Assembly (NCBI GenBank): GCA_012295275.1
Contig: CM022672.1
Span: 30,008,001 to 30,072,000, forward strand
Direction: 5' to 3'
DNA from: Chrysomallon squamiferum
Lineage: Eukaryota; Animalia; Mollusca
DNA: 64,000 nucleotides
Each line of letters begins with the position of its first letter. Within the stretch, counting starts at the first letter, position 1. Both the position numbers and the translations under genes were made by a program. Below are positions 14,614 to 30,216 of the stretch, piece after piece. Below the pieces are notes generated by a model. That model worked only from the letters and a program-made list of their open reading frames with translations, was not told the DNA's origin and did not search any database.

Positions 14614-15526
14614 CGTTACAATTAAAGCTTTTCTTTAATAATCTAGACACGTCAGTGTTTAAATACTCTTCTCGAATAAGGAAATATAATTACATGTATT
14701 GTCTTGGTTGTCGAACATAAACTCAGGTATTGAACTGAAGGCAGCGGAGGAAATGTCTTCAGATGAGGAGAAGGGTAGAAAGGTGGGCGGGGGAAAAAAA
14801 CAGGAAGAAAATTTACCCTAACATAGTAACAATGCTGAAGCAAATCACTTCATAAACTTTTTGTATGACAATGACTGTTGTTAAACTGTTTTCATCTTAA
14901 TACACAATGTACAGTTTCTGAACAAAATCTTTCGATTGCCAAAACTACGGTAGCAGACTGTGCAGTGTTTGTGAACTGTAAACACATTTCATATCATTAG
15001 TGACCACGCTTCCTCAGTGTAAGCAGTAGCTGTCAATTAACTAGTTGTCACGCCCTCTATTTAAAGCTCAGCCAATGAGAACGCTGGAGTGTTGTGAAAT
15101 GCAATATCTGTACCACCACATGTGGTCGTTACAACACGTATTGCTATTGCCATGTTAATGTTGCTTTAATTCCCCACCTAAATATGTTCTTAACTGAAAC
15201 TAATAATAATATAAACAGCAACAGAAACAGCAATAAGAACAAAACAGTATTATTCGAAATAAAATAAAATAAAATAGTTAAAAGATAGTCTTATGTTTTA
15301 AAAATCTAAGTAAATAAATCGCTCTTATATGAACAATAATACAGAAGAAATTTCAAATATAATAATTAATATAGCTAGGAAATGGCAAAAATTACATTTA
15401 AATGAGTACGTTATAATTTGGTCTCTTTGTCCTAATTACTATTCCGAAAAATAATCCTTATTTTTTAAATAAAAAATTCAAGATGTGTTTTTATAATTTT
15501 TGTTACTACGAGATTAACACCTAAAG

Positions 15527-15842
15527 CCGTCATGGGCAAAGTGCGGCCCGTGCGGCTTTCTGAGTGGCCCGCCTAATTTCACAAAGAAAATAACTTTAAT
15601 TCAAATTTTATAAAATGCGCTTTTTGTATCTGCTAATATACTAAAACACATGTAACTTTTTTAATTATAAAAGTTCCTGAAATAAATGAAAATGAAGAAT
15701 TTCTTAAAATAAATGAAAATGAAAAATTTCTTAAAATAAACTACGTAAAAACACAAAATCGCCTAAATTAGTACCTGCGGCCCGCCTGAGGATGAGCCAT
15801 TTCTCATGTGGCCCGCTTCTCGATAAAGGTTGCCCATGCCTG
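15527..15842. mobile_element. hAT (Charlie-type) MITE, 316 bp
   Basis: Imperfect TIRs CCGTCATGGGCAAAGT / AGGTTGCCCATGCCTG; subterminal GCGGCCCG/GTGGCCCG motifs; 8-bp TSD ACCTAAAG (15519-15526) / ACCTAAAA (15843-15850) with central TA. Confidence 0.85.
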
Positions 15843-15926
15843 ACCTAAAATTTTAGCTTATTGATAAATGTGTTCTAAAACATAAACGCCTTAATGTGTA
15901 ACTAAATTTCGACATTGATTCTCATG

Positions 15927-15998
15927 TCCTCGGTAGTATAGTGGTGAGTATCCCCGCCTGTCACGCGGGAGACCGGGGTTCAATTCCCCGCCGGGGAG
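15927..15998 (+). tRNA. trnD-GTC: tRNA-Asp (GTC), intact
   Basis: Identical 72-mer to 14542-14613; T-run terminator follows. Confidence 0.97.
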
Positions 15999-16289
15999 GA
16001 TACATTTTTCATTTTTTTTTTTTTTTTTTTTTTAAATTATATTATTGAATATATTGGTTGTTTTTGTCTTATAATTAATTTTATAACATATTATAATGGA
16101 GATAAGTTTTACTAATTTTTTTTAGATGTAATATTCAATGGCTTTTTAAATATAATAATTCTAGTATTACTTAATTAATTTACTTACTTATCTTTTTGAC
16201 GACGAAACACAAACTGCGACAGCATCTTATATAGATGCATCCGTGAATGACGTCAGTGAATTGTTGACATCATCTTTTCCCCCACAGAG

Positions 16290-16445
16290 TATCAGTGCTT
16301 AGAAATCATTCTAAATCAATATCGTATTCTAAACAAACTTTCAATTTTTATTAACAAATATGTGAAGAAGAATGTTTTTCTAGAATTAAAAGATGACATA
16401 CTTATTTTCAAATATCCTTTAGCAAGCTATAAATAATCAATAAAA
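16290..16445 (+). mobile_element. Short Tx1/L1-like LINE 3' ORF2 fragment in tRNA spacer
   Basis: Reverse-complement similar to about 48385-48535, the ORF2 C-terminus of the LINE at 48.2-49.9 kb. Absent from the homologous tRNA 3' flanks near 32185 and 51600. Confidence 0.65.
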
Positions 16446-16788
16446 TAGTGATTACATTATATATAAAAAAAATCAAATATTATTTAAAACATAGCGTAAC
16501 AGTTTAGGATTATGTTATTAGTAATGTCCAAACAATCTGGAGTGGAAGCTGAGAATACGTTTTGTTGTTTTTGTTACTCAGAATACAATTAAAACGAACA
16601 ATGTGCTGTGAGATTTAAAGTTGTAGCTACAAATCTGAAGGCAATAAAGTTGGTAATTAGTGTAGCAACACGTGTAATTTCTAGCTTTAAGAATATAAAT
16701 AAAATTTAATATAAATTTTAATATCATCAAAAATAGTTTTTGAAACATGAAAGTAATGTGTCATTAAATTTCAGTGTTTGTTGTAACG

Positions 16789-16860
16789 TCCTCGGTAGTA
16801 TAGTGGTGAGTATCCCCGCCTGTCACGCGGGAGACCGGGGTTCAATTCCCCGCCGGGGAG
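16789..16860 (+). tRNA. trnD-GTC: tRNA-Asp (GTC), intact
   Basis: Identical 72-mer. Its ~60-nt 5' flank is shared with the copies at 17718, 32477 and 51890. Confidence 0.97.
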
Positions 16861-17051
16861 GATCTGTTTTATTTTATCATTATTATTTTATAACAAAAAC
16901 ACACACGTACGCACACACATTTGTTTTATTTTGTTAGGTGAGTCAACAGTGTCTTCCCATTTAAATATGACTTACGTAATTAGACATAATATATATTAAA
17001 ATAAATAATGTGCAGAATTATGTTATTATTATTATTAATATTATTATTATT

Positions 17052-17087
<36 letters not shown>

Positions 17088-17182
17088 TTCTTCTTCTTCT
17101 TCTTCTTAATCACCATTTTAACACCAATTTGTAAACATAATGTAATATATTATATATAGATATAAGGGAAGTAACTCATACT

Positions 17183-17325
17183 AGAATGAAGGAATGAACG
17201 AATGTTTATCGACCCCCAGCACGAAAAAACATGTCGGCTATTGAGTGTTAAACCACAGGTAAATACAAAAATATAGTGGTTTATCTATAAAAATTAAAAT
17301 TTTATTTATAACACGGTGTAAAGTG
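17183..17325 (+). repeat. Interspersed repeat fragment in tRNA-unit spacer (inverted copies at ~33080-33230, ~50285-50458, ~52470-52622)
   Basis: GAATGAAGGAATGAACGAATGTTTATCGACCCCCAGCACGAAAAAAC...GGCTATTGAGTGTTAAAC recurs four times. Family not determined. Confidence 0.6.
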
Positions 17326-17717
17326 TTTATGATTATGTCATTAGCAAACTTCATGTGTTTTGTTGTTTTCTTACTCAGAATACAAAAAAATAAATAAAAT
17401 AATAATAATAATAATTAATAATAATAATAAAATAATAATAAAAAAAATAATAATAATAATAATAATAATGAGAAAACCTACAACAATCCGCAAGAAACCC
17501 AAAACAAAATCAAGCAAAAAAAAAAATTTTTTCACAAAAAAAGCCCTAAAAGTAAAAACAAACAAACAAAAACTAAGAAATTAACTACTGGTGCGAGATT
17601 GAAATGTTTAGCTACAAGGTAATTAAGTAGGTAATTAGTGTAGCAATAGATGTAAATTCTAATAGTTTTTGAAACATGAAAGTAATGTGTTATTACATTT
17701 CAAAGTTTATTGTAACG

Positions 17718-17789
17718 TCCTCGGTAGTATAGTGGTGAGTATCCCCGCCTGTCACGCGGGAGACCGGGGTTCAATTCCCCGCCGGGGAG
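17718..17789 (+). tRNA. trnD-GTC: tRNA-Asp (GTC), intact
   Basis: Identical 72-mer, 929 bp after the previous copy; oligo-T terminator. Confidence 0.97.
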
Positions 17790-18526
17790 AATGTATTTTT
17801 TTATTTTTAATAGTTATTCCTTTTTTTTATTTTTTATTTTTTTTTTTTTTTTATTTATATTCATTTTTTATTGTTTAAATTCCCCATTTCTTATTACTGA
17901 TTAATACATTTGTTTGTTTGTTATTTTTGTCTTACACAAACAGTTTGGTAAGAACAGGATTTTGAATGTATCGAAAATGGTCTCTGAATATTAATTACAG
18001 AATAGTCAATAAGAATGTTCCTCCTTATATCTTCTTATAAATTAATGTTAACAAAAAATTAAACAATTCAAGAAATGTATTAAATATTGTTATTATTATT
18101 ATTATTATCATTATTATTATTATTAATTTAAAGACATTAAAATGTTTTGTGTCTGTAAACACTGCTTACGTATTATATTTGGCGTTGGCTGTTTCGTTGG
18201 CTGTACGTGAAGATTACGTCAACAATTGACTGACGTCATTCAGAGATACACGTACACTTCCAGTTTTATCAACAAAACAACGAATAGGTATCTGGAAAAC
18301 TGAATAACTTGATATTTAAATTGGCAAGATATAAAAAGAAATTTAATTTTATATATGTATTTTTTTTTTATTATTGAAATTTTGAATATTAATTTTAAAA
18401 CAGAAGTTTAGAATTGTTTACATTTCATTATCTCATAAAATTGTTTGTCCAAGACGAAAGTAAATAAATAAAGACATATATTAAATAATAATAAGAGGAC
18501 GCAATTATTTAAAATAAAAAGTAAAT

Positions 18527-18572
18527 TCCCCGCGTCACAGGGGGGAACACTTACCACTACATTACCAGAGAA
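18527..18572 (-). pseudogene. Decayed tRNA-Asp 5' half
   Basis: Minus strand reads TCTCTGGTAATGTAGTGGTAAGTGTTCCCCCCTGTGACGCGGGG; aligns to the D and anticodon arms; T-arm missing. Confidence 0.7.
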
Positions 18573-18576
18573 TGTC

Positions 18577-20640
18577 GTTGTTGTTGTTGTTGTTGTTGTT
18601 GTTTTTTCTTTTAATTTATAACGTTTTTATTATTAAATCATAAATGCATAGTTATATATCACTGAACATTTCATTTAAATAAACATAGTTAAGTATATTT
18701 AATTATTAAATATGATAAATAAAACAACAAAAACAACAAAAACAACAACAACAACAAATAAATAGAAAAACTTTACACACACATTAAAAGTATAACTACC
18801 AACCAAAAACAATAACTTTGATTTCAGAGACTGTTATTTGATGAGACATAATCCTTAATGAATAAATGTTCTTTATTTGATGAAGACGTCTGTGTAAAGA
18901 ATATTTAACATATCATTAAATATTCTTTCAAAACAGTTAACAGTCTAATAATAAACATTTTACAAGACAAATATTTCTACGCTTATAAATGGTCAAGCTT
19001 ACAGCTGAAAAAAAAAATAGATGAAGAAATCTGACAAGAAAATTATTACCTCTGTAACCAAATAATGTCCACATTCTTAATTCTTCAGCATTAAAACCTT
19101 TGTTTTTAAAGAAAAATGTTTAATACGTTAGATACATCTTGAACTAATGGACTGAAGCTAGGGCAGTTCAGAAACCAATGTTCACTATTTTATATTAAAA
19201 CCCGCATACAGAACATAAAGATGAATCAGATTTTCCGATTTTATTTTTAATACGCAACAAAATATTATGTGCCATTTTTAGAATTTTCATCTAAAAGGCT
19301 TTTCTTTTCAAATCAGTATTTGGGAAATTAAGACCTCTTTTATTAGTTTTTCCAGTTAGAGTGTTACATTTTATTTGAAATATTTGTTCATTCCAGAAAA
19401 AATCTAGAATTGAATTGTTTAATTTTATTTTTTCCCATTTTGTAACTACTTGTACATTTAAAATACACCAAATTAATGATACTAAAAGTATAATGATAAA
19501 CGTGTACTGGGCCTAACACGTGCTCAGCTTTGTACTCTGTAATACAGCAAGAACCTCCAGTTCAGATTGTTCTACGTATCGGGATACCATTTTGAAAGTA
19601 TTCACAGCTCACTTTTCATCTTGTAATGTTAAATTTACATCATCACCATTTGCTAAATTAAAGAAGCAATATCAGAATGTTTTATTTTAATTTATCATGT
19701 CTCTTATCGCTGCAATAGTTTCTGATATGACTCTACCAGGTACAGAATATGTTTGTGTGATACAATTGTATCAAAAGTTGATCTATTTCTTAATGCCAAA
19801 ACTCTGGCTATAATTTTGTAATCTACATTATGTAGACTAACTGGTCTCCAATTTTTCAAAAATCTTTTATCACCTTTAATAAAAAAAATAACGAAATAGC
19901 TCCTCTCGTCGTAATTTTTTATAATTCACTTTTGTCTTCAATGTTTTGACAACCTTAAAATTCAAGGAACCAATTTCTTTCCAGAAATGAAGACAAAATT
20001 CTACAGTTAATCCATCTAAACCAGATGATTTATTTCTAGCCTTTCCTTTTAAAGCAGCATATATTTCTTTAAGACTAATATCCTTATCACAGCTGTTTCA
20101 ATTTTCTTCTGTAACATGATTTTTAATTATATCTAATATAATATCCTTTTCATTTTGATCAGTTTCGTCTTTCTTCCAAAAATTAGAAACAAATTTGTCT
20201 TTTTCTTTTAAAAAAACATAATGTCTGATTAATAACAGTTCCATCATTCAAAATTAATTCTTTAATGCTACTTTTATTTTGTTTATACTTTTCTAAATTT
20301 AAAAAAATATTTGTATTTTTATCAGCATCTAGTGCCTAATTTACTTTTGATCTTAAAATATCTCCTTGACATTTCTTTCTTTTATGAATTTAGGTTTTTC
20401 CTTTCAGTTCTTCTACTACAGTAGAGTCATAGTTGTTGTTTTCAGATACTGAGTTATATTGTTTTTGTAATTTATTATGTAAATCCCACTAAATTTAGGT
20501 TTCCATCTGATGCTTTTTAATGTAATATTCTTAAGCACAATTTTTAAAATGTTATATTTTAAATTGTCTCACCATCCCAACTCTGAGGCAATATTGTAAT
20601 AATTATCGGCACATTTCTTTTGTTGTTGGCAAATTAGGCA
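18577..20640 (-). mobile_element. Degenerate Tx1/L1-clade non-LTR retrotransposon (ORF2 RT to 3' end)
   Basis: Minus-strand motifs ARNKSSGLDGLTVEF (~20000-20040), KGDKRFLKNWRPVSLHNVDYKIIAR (~19802-19877) and C-terminal SLTIYKRRN (~18975-19000). Many stops/deletions. Ends in a (CAA)n tract next to a tRNA remnant. Confidence 0.85.
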
Positions 20641-20667
20641 AATCAACTTCAGGCACAAGAGCATATG

Positions 20668-20699
<32 letters not shown>

Positions 20700-20810
20700 A
20701 TTACTTTAAGGCTAAAACCAAATTCTATCAGTTCATTTTGCTACTAAAAGTGTCAAAGACGTGTAGTTCAGTCTTTTTTTTTCTTCTTCTGGTTCTGGAA
20801 GTGGGAACTA

Positions 20811-21950
20811 TTAATGCGACTGTTTTTTTTCCCTGTTCTTTTCTTTACTAGAACCGAATAACCAGTAGGCAACATTAGCAACAGCACCAACAACACCGAC
20901 TGCAGCTAAAGCCACAGTGCTACCAATTACAAAACTATCCTGAAAACATAAACAAAACGCTATAAAAATATTTTAAATAAAAAAAAAATTAAAGAAAAAA
21001 AAAGAAAAAAATAGTAAATAAATAAATCAAATTAAATGATGATGATGATGATAACTCTGTTTATTTACCTGTCGACTTGATTCAGTATCATAACGACACC
21101 AGTTAGCGAAATGTTCACAATTTTTAAAAAAGATTGTATCCAGCTTCTCCAACTCTAGATAACGCTCTCCGGACAATATCCCTCTTTGGCAGTGGACTGA
21201 AATTATAATGTAGTAACTCAGATGACAAAAATAAAATTTATAATAACTTTTTTATAAATAAACAAATAAATATTTAAAAAAAGACAATAATAAAATAAAT
21301 TAGATATGCTTGTCTTAATAAAAAAAATAACACACTAAAGCATAAAAATTATGTATAAATATTCATTTCTCAAGCTTCCTCTTCTTCTAAACGTATTAAG
21401 AAAATATTACAAACTGATGTTTCAAAAGTCGAGATATGAGTTTCATTGTAAATCTGACAGCTGATGTAAATTTTGAATATCCCATGTCATATACCAGTTA
21501 CACATTCCTTAGTGTTAAATACAACAACAAACAACAACAACAATAACAATAATATTTTAAAAATCCAAACGTGAAACAAATATATATTAATTTATTACAT
21601 GAGTCCTTGTTTATTTTGATCTACTCACGTTAATTTGTCGTCGTTGGCGTTGTTGTAGTAGACTTCACTCCCATGAGCCGCTTCCCAAATGTTGTCTATC
21701 CTCACACAGGTCTTGTCAAATGTTCTACCTGCAATCGAGAACAAATGTTGTGCGATCCAGTTCAAACCGCCTCCGTCTTCTCCCGCTAGGTGAACAACCT
21801 CCTCATTACCTGGGAGAATAATTAAAACTTGCTATTGAAGTTAACTTTGCTGTCAACAGACTGGCTCATCGGATATTTGGAAAACTGACTAAAATCAAAC
21901 ACTTTAGAAATAATGAGGGACAAAAATAATAATTAAATAACAGAGAGACA

Positions 21951-21990
<40 letters not shown>

Positions 21991-22140
21991 ACAAATTTAA
22001 GTAAATACAATTATTACACAGATGTATATGAGATAGTTACCTATGTAAACTCCCCAGTGAGAGTATAAACCTCTTCTAAACTGAATTAGATCGCCGGGTT
22101 CAAGATAAAATGTGTTCTCTTTCGTAATAAGTAATGTCAT
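20811..22140 (-). pseudogene. PLAAT: PLAAT/HRASLS-like copy A: complete 4-exon structure with a frameshift before the catalytic Cys
   Basis: Exons 22041-22140, 21629-21809, 21069-21196, 20811-20939. MTLLITKENTFYLEPGDLIQFRRGLYSHWGVYIGNEEVVHL...; exon 3 is 128 nt versus 130 in paralogs (homopolymer near 21126-21131), giving TAA before NCEHF. C-terminal TM exon is open. Confidence 0.85.
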
Positions 22141-22583
22141 TTTCTACTGCAATCAGGTATTTTACATTAACAAACACCAGTTTAACACTGTGACTCTACG
22201 CTAAATAATTTGTTCATGTAACTGCTTTTTTTTCTCGATGAGTGATCTAATACTCATATGTAATGAATACATACATACACTAACCTAAAAACAATATATG
22301 AGATGTTTTATGCAATGTGTCACCCGATACTTATTGTTGTTAACCCTTGCGTTTAACAATAGATTCTGCAAACTAGACGTTATAATTATTAGATTAAATA
22401 AAATAAATTAAATCTGACTCATATACTGTAAGCACTATTTCCTATATTGATACCAATACAAACATATAATAAAATAATATAATGTACAATATAATACATT
22501 TTATTATAATATTTATTCATTCATTCATTCATTTCAAATTAAACCAGGTATCTCCTTTTCTTTTATTAAACATCAAGATCGTT

Positions 22584-22603
22584 TGACGTCATACACACCC
22601 AAT
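22584..22603. promoter_or_regulatory. CRE plus CCAAT module upstream of PLAAT copies
   Basis: TGACGTCATACACACCCAAT about 445 bp upstream of the copy A ATG; same module at 24187; at 63381 the CRE is kept but CCAAT is CCAGT; CRE deleted in several other upstream-repeat copies. Confidence 0.35.
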
Positions 22604-22910
22604 CACGAAAGAACTATGCAAGATGCTACACCTGTATTAAATTATAATTCTACTGTACTAATTATAAATAAGACCATTGCTTACAGTATTATATATATAT
22701 AACAAACCAAATTATGACAAACAACATTTATTTACTACAATATTAATATAACTGTTTATCGCAAAGTAACAAAAGATTTTCTTTCAGGCTAAAATCAAAT
22801 TCTCTATAATTTATTTTCCTTCCAAATGTGATTAAAAAACGTGTAGTTTAGTCTTTCCTCTTTTTCTGGAAATGGAAGTCGGAAACATTAATCCGACTGT
22901 CTTTAGCTTT

Positions 22911-23276
22911 TCATACCTTTATTAGAATCCAGGCAAAACGACCAGCAGCGGTAATAGATAATCCCCAAAGGGTGACATCTTCAACTTTGTCCACCTGAAA
23001 ACATAATGAAAACAGTTGAAAAAAAAAGAAAGAAAAGTATTATAAATAAAATGAAATGAAATAAAGTCAAATAAAATAAACAAATAAACAAATAAATAAG
23101 TAAGTAAAATTAAATGATGATCATCATCATAACTCAGATTATTTACCTGTTCACCTTTTACATGACCCTAACGACACCAGTTAGCGAAATGTTCACAGTT
23201 TTTAAAAATAAGATTGTAAACAGTTTCTACAATCTGACCTAACGCAATGTCGACAATTTTCTTTTTTGCTCGCGGC
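22911..23276 (-). pseudogene. PLAAT: PLAAT-like copy B: exons 3-4 only, premature stop
   Basis: Exon 3 (23147-23276) reads ...YNLIFKNCEHFANWCR-TAG; exon 4 is 22911-22994. No exons 1-2 upstream. Confidence 0.85.
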
Positions 23277-24584
23277 CTGAAATTATAAAGCAGGAATTCA
23301 GATGATAAATATAAATTTCTAAATAAATGCACATACAAATAAATAAATAAATAAATAAATAAAAAATATAAATAAATAAATATTTAAGAAATAAATAAAA
23401 TAAACTAATTAATTATACTTGTTTTAATAAATAAAATAAACTAATTAATTATACTTGTTTTAATAAAAAAAATAACACAAAATAATGAAAATTATATCTA
23501 AATATTCGTTTCTGAAACTTTCCCTTCTTCAAAACATATTAAGAAAACATTACAAAGTGATGTTTCAAAAATCGAGATATGTGTTTCATTGTCAATGATG
23601 TAAATTTGAAATATTCCATGTCACAAATGACAGTTTTGACAGTGATTCATAGATTCCTTTTGTGCCAGTATTAAATTTTGATCACAGTGACTTTTTTGTA
23701 GTTCTTTTATTTGAAGCTTCTTGATCACAAATGACAGTTTTGACAGTGGTTCACGATATTGTCAAAACTTATCATAAATTCCTTTTGTGCCAGGATTAAA
23801 TTTTAATCAAACTGACGGTTGTTTCGTTTTGACCTATATATACTAAGTGCGCACTGACTTAATCGCTTAGGTCGAGGTGTCCTAATACTCACATTTAATA
23901 CATAAAAGATACACAAACAAACATACGACATACTTGAGATAAGACGTTTTATGCAGTGGGTCACCCGATACTTACTGATAACCTTCATGTTTAATAAAAG
24001 ATTCTGCAATAAATTAAAAGTCAGTTATATACTGTAAGCAATGATTTCATTGTTTATACAAATACAGGCATATAATTATATAATTATATATTATATTAAG
24101 TATTTATTTATTTACATTTTTATTTATTTTTTTATTTAGAACGGAGCCAGATATTTCATTCCATGTTACTGAATATCAAGATCGCTTGACGTCATACAAA
24201 CCCAATCAGAGAAGAACAATGCAAGTTACCACACCTGTATGTTAAAACATTTCAATTGTTGTCAGTTTTTCACCATCTACCTTTCTTCCTGTTCTATATC
24301 TCTTTGTACGTTTCTTTCTTTTGCACATGTTCGCAGACAAACTACTTGTTCATTATTTGGTTTTTCATACCTCATATTCAGAATATTTAGAATATTCAGG
24401 TATACTAGATTATTCAGTTTCATTCAGCAATATTATTTAAATACATTTAACAGTTTCAGTTTCATTTAACAATAATATATTACTTTAATATATATTGAAC
24501 AATATTTTGTAAGTATAACTTTAACAATATTATTTAAATATAAATTCAACAGTATTATCTAAATACAAATTAGTTGTTTGTTAT

Positions 24585-24622
<38 letters not shown>

Positions 24623-24871
24623 TCGTTCACTAATAGGAAAAAGGACAAATGTTCACATTCAGAAAAATTAATATCTTTGATGTTCTTTGTAGTTTAATTC
24701 ATCATCAAAGACACTTTAACACTCAATAGTAAGACTGCGGCAGATGTGTCCACTGGTTTTTTCACTTACTGTCCATCTCCTCTTGTTTTACACAATATAT
24801 CTGCATTTTATTGTTACATTTGCAATATTGCTTTATTGTAAGTAAAAACAGCTTTGATCTCAAACCAGTTT

Positions 24872-26075
24872 ACATAGTCAAAATGTCAATCTAGTCATTT
24901 CGTCTAATGCCTGAAATGTTTGGCCTAATGACTAAAATTTCCAGGAATTAGGGCAAATGACTGAAAGAAGCTTCTAGTCATTAGGCAAAGGGAGTGAATG
25001 AAATAGAATGACTTGCAATTGCAAGAACACATTTATTTCGAAACACATCAAATAGTGTCCTATTTATTACAGCAGTTCAAACTTGAGTGATATCTTGAAT
25101 TGCACAAAAAACTGTTCTTGAAATATTTACATTTTATTTGTCACCTATTTGTCTCCACACAGTTGCATTTTACAAACCCTTATCATCCGCACGATGACTC
25201 CTAAGAGACATTGTGCATTCTCTGTTCAAATCATCCAGTAATAGCCGTCTCTGGGGACACACTTCAGACTGGTTCCACTAATATTTCAGAATTCCGGATG
25301 GGTAAGCTATGGTTTACTGTCCATGATCGTCAACCTCTACAATCACTCCCAGGCTGAAACAGGCACTGCGACGTTGTCTTCTTCTTCAACACAACACAAC
25401 TGCGTTTGATCATCCGCTCGGCTTGCTGAAACTGAGCGTCTCTGCCGAGATAACAAACTATAAAATTTACATTAAATTTATAAAACATTTGGATTTATCT
25501 GACTGGAGTCTGCCAAGCAAAGATGATGTCAGTCCAGCACACGCCTCCATCCCAAAGAGAGCTGAATACGGTGATTGCTTGATGCAGCACTGTAGCTTCA
25601 GTTCTTCCTGAAATGAACAAATTTGATAGCTACACTCCAGTCCATTGTATCGTTCTCGCTCATCCAGGCTACTGTCAAGTCTTTAATGTCTCAGTTTGCC
25701 CGCTCTACAGAGCCATGGATTTGGGGGTGTCTTGATTTCCCGTGCAGAATAATCAGTTCGGTGCACATTTCTATCAGTTTCTTACTAAAACAGCTGTAAA
25801 CTCGGATCCGTTGTCATGCTTCGAAGTAAGAGGCCTGAGAATACAGAACCTGGTCAAATGGTCCCGGTAAACCATGATCCACTTGTACTTTTCAATGGGT
25901 AAGGACTGCATATCTACAAAATCCACTTGTCCACATGATGAAAACTCCTTGGTCAGAACAAGGTAGGACTTCCACTCCTTTGGTTGTTGGCCATTTCTGT
26001 TGAGAGTCCATGCATAGCGAGTGGAACAATTCGATAGATTCACATGTCAAATTCACATAATTTTCGATATTTCTT
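24872..26075 (-). mobile_element. KRBA2/SCAND3-like integrase DNA transposon (GingerRoot-like) remnant, 3' part plus one TIR
   Basis: GQVDFVDMQSLP...KWIMVYRDHLTRFCILRPLTSKHDNGSEF integrase core; Cys-rich C-terminus; TIR-like sequence at 24872-24965 matches the reverse complement of 46880-47010. Confidence 0.85.
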
Positions 26076-26199
26076 TCTATTAATTACTGACATGTTTTAT
26101 TTGTAATTGTTCCGGGACAATAGCCGCCTGCCCTGTGCATCCTATTCCTGCATAGGGAAACACTGTAAGATATTACTATCACTGAAAGGATCTTCAGAA

Positions 26200-27906
<1,707 letters not shown>

Positions 27907-28072
27907 CGCAAGCTAAGATTTCTCCTTGTCTGAATGCCTATGAAATAAATTGAGTTATCTCTTCTTTTGTTATTGTTTTTATATTCCTTGGTTTATAGTC
28001 CTAACAACGGAGGTTACACATATTGACAAACTAATTACATAATTATCTGAAAATTCGTAGCTAAAACTTTAA

Positions 28073-28111
<39 letters not shown>

Positions 28112-28399
28112 TAATAATGATAATAAAAATAAAAATAATGAATAGACCACTGTGAAACAAGTAGTTAATTTTAAGAAAAAAAAAATTTAGTCTTTCGGGC
28201 TAGTAATATGTTAAATATATACATACTGTGGGTTGTTACAGAACGTGACAATTCATTCGGTTTGAATATCCTGCTTACGTTGTATATAATGAAAATAGAA
28301 ACGGGGAAAACACATTTCTTGGAAATTACGAGTTTTAAGGAATTTTATTTCACACAATTAGCCAAAACAGTAACCAAACAAAGAGCAAAAAAATAAATA

Positions 28400-28437
<38 letters not shown>

Positions 28438-30120
28438 GTTTAAACCATTTGGCTGTGTGATTTGTTTTAACTCAGATGTTATTGAACGTGACAGTATTCA
28501 TGTTATGCTTACGTCATGTACTATGTAAAGAAAAAACATAAAAAACCCAATTCTTGGAAATTAAAATATCCGGAGAATTTCAGATAACCGTCTGAACAAA
28601 ACACCATTGGTCATAATAATGATCTTAGAAATAAATTAATTAATTAACTGATTAATAAAATTAATAGAACTACTGTCTACAGCTGCTACTACTGCCATTA
28701 TTACTATTACAACCATTAATAGAAATAATAACAGTAACAATAGTAACAGCAACAATAGCCATAACAATAGTAATAATACATTTAATAATAATAATGTATA
28801 TACTAGAGGAAAAGATAAATATATATATATATATATTTTATTAGCTGAATCTATACTGATAACGAACTTCTAATTACAAACTTCAAACAATTAGTTCCAA
28901 ATTATTATAAGCACTCCTAGGTTTCTGTCAAAACGATAAATGAATCCATCCACAGATTTATACAACTGACCCTTCTGGGAAGTAAACTCCATTTTGGTTC
29001 AGAAGTAATTTTCATCAAGCGTTCATGTAAATTGTTTTTAATTTTGTGAGTGGCCCACGATATTGTCAAAACCTTTCATAGATTGCTTTTTGTGGCAGTA
29101 TTAAATTTTGGTCAAAGTGACGGTTATTTCGTTTAGATCTATATACACTAAGGGTGCACCGACTTAAGCGCTCAGGTCGATGTGACCTGATACTCACATT
29201 CAATACAATACAAACACACACTAACACACACACGACGTACTTGAGATATTTTATGCTTTGTCTCGCCAAATACTTACTGATGTTAGCACACGTTTAACAA
29301 TACATTCTGCAAATTAAACATTATAATTTTTTAATTAAATAAAAATAAATTATTACTAAGTTATATACTGTAAGCACTTCTGCCATGGTTTATACCAACC
29401 AATACAGGAATAAAATAAATTATTTTAACGTTACATTATATTGTATTATTCATTTATTTATTTATTTATTATCATTATTTTTATTTCGACATTTGGAATG
29501 GAGCCAGGTATTAAATATCAATATCGTTTTACACCCAGAGAAGAACAATGCAAGCTGCTACACCTGTAAGCGATAACATTTCAATTGTCGTCCGTTTTTC
29601 ACCCATCTATCTTTCTTCCTGTTCTATATCTCTTTGTACGTTTCGATGTGTGACCTGACACTCACATTCAAAACAATACAAACATACACAGCACACACAC
29701 GACGTACTTTAGATATTTTATGCTTTGTCTCATCCGATATTTACTGTTATTTTACATTGTTTATTTATTTATATATTTATTTATTTATAATTACTATTTT
29801 TATTTCTTCATTTGGAAGGGAGTCAGATATTTCACTCCCTGGTATTAAACATTCAGATCGTTTTACACCCAGTCAGAGAAGAACTCTGCAAGTTGTCACA
29901 CCTGTAAGCGATAACATTTCAATTGTTGTCAGTTTTTCACCCATCTACCTTTCTTCCTGTTCCATATCTTTTGTACGTTTCTCTCTTTTGCACATGTTCG
30001 TAGACAAACTATTTGTTCATTAGTGGTTTTTATACCTAATTTTAGAATGTTCGAGTGTGCAAGATTAAGTGCATTCCGAATTATTATTTAAATAAATTTA
30101 ACAGTTTCAGTTATATTTAC

Positions 30121-30216
<96 letters not shown>

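Noticed and set aside
24452-24465. ISRE-like AGTTTCAGTTTCAT in the PLAAT upstream repeat
   Set aside because: Perfect only in the copy upstream of dead copy B; the other copies, including those upstream of D and G, do not match.
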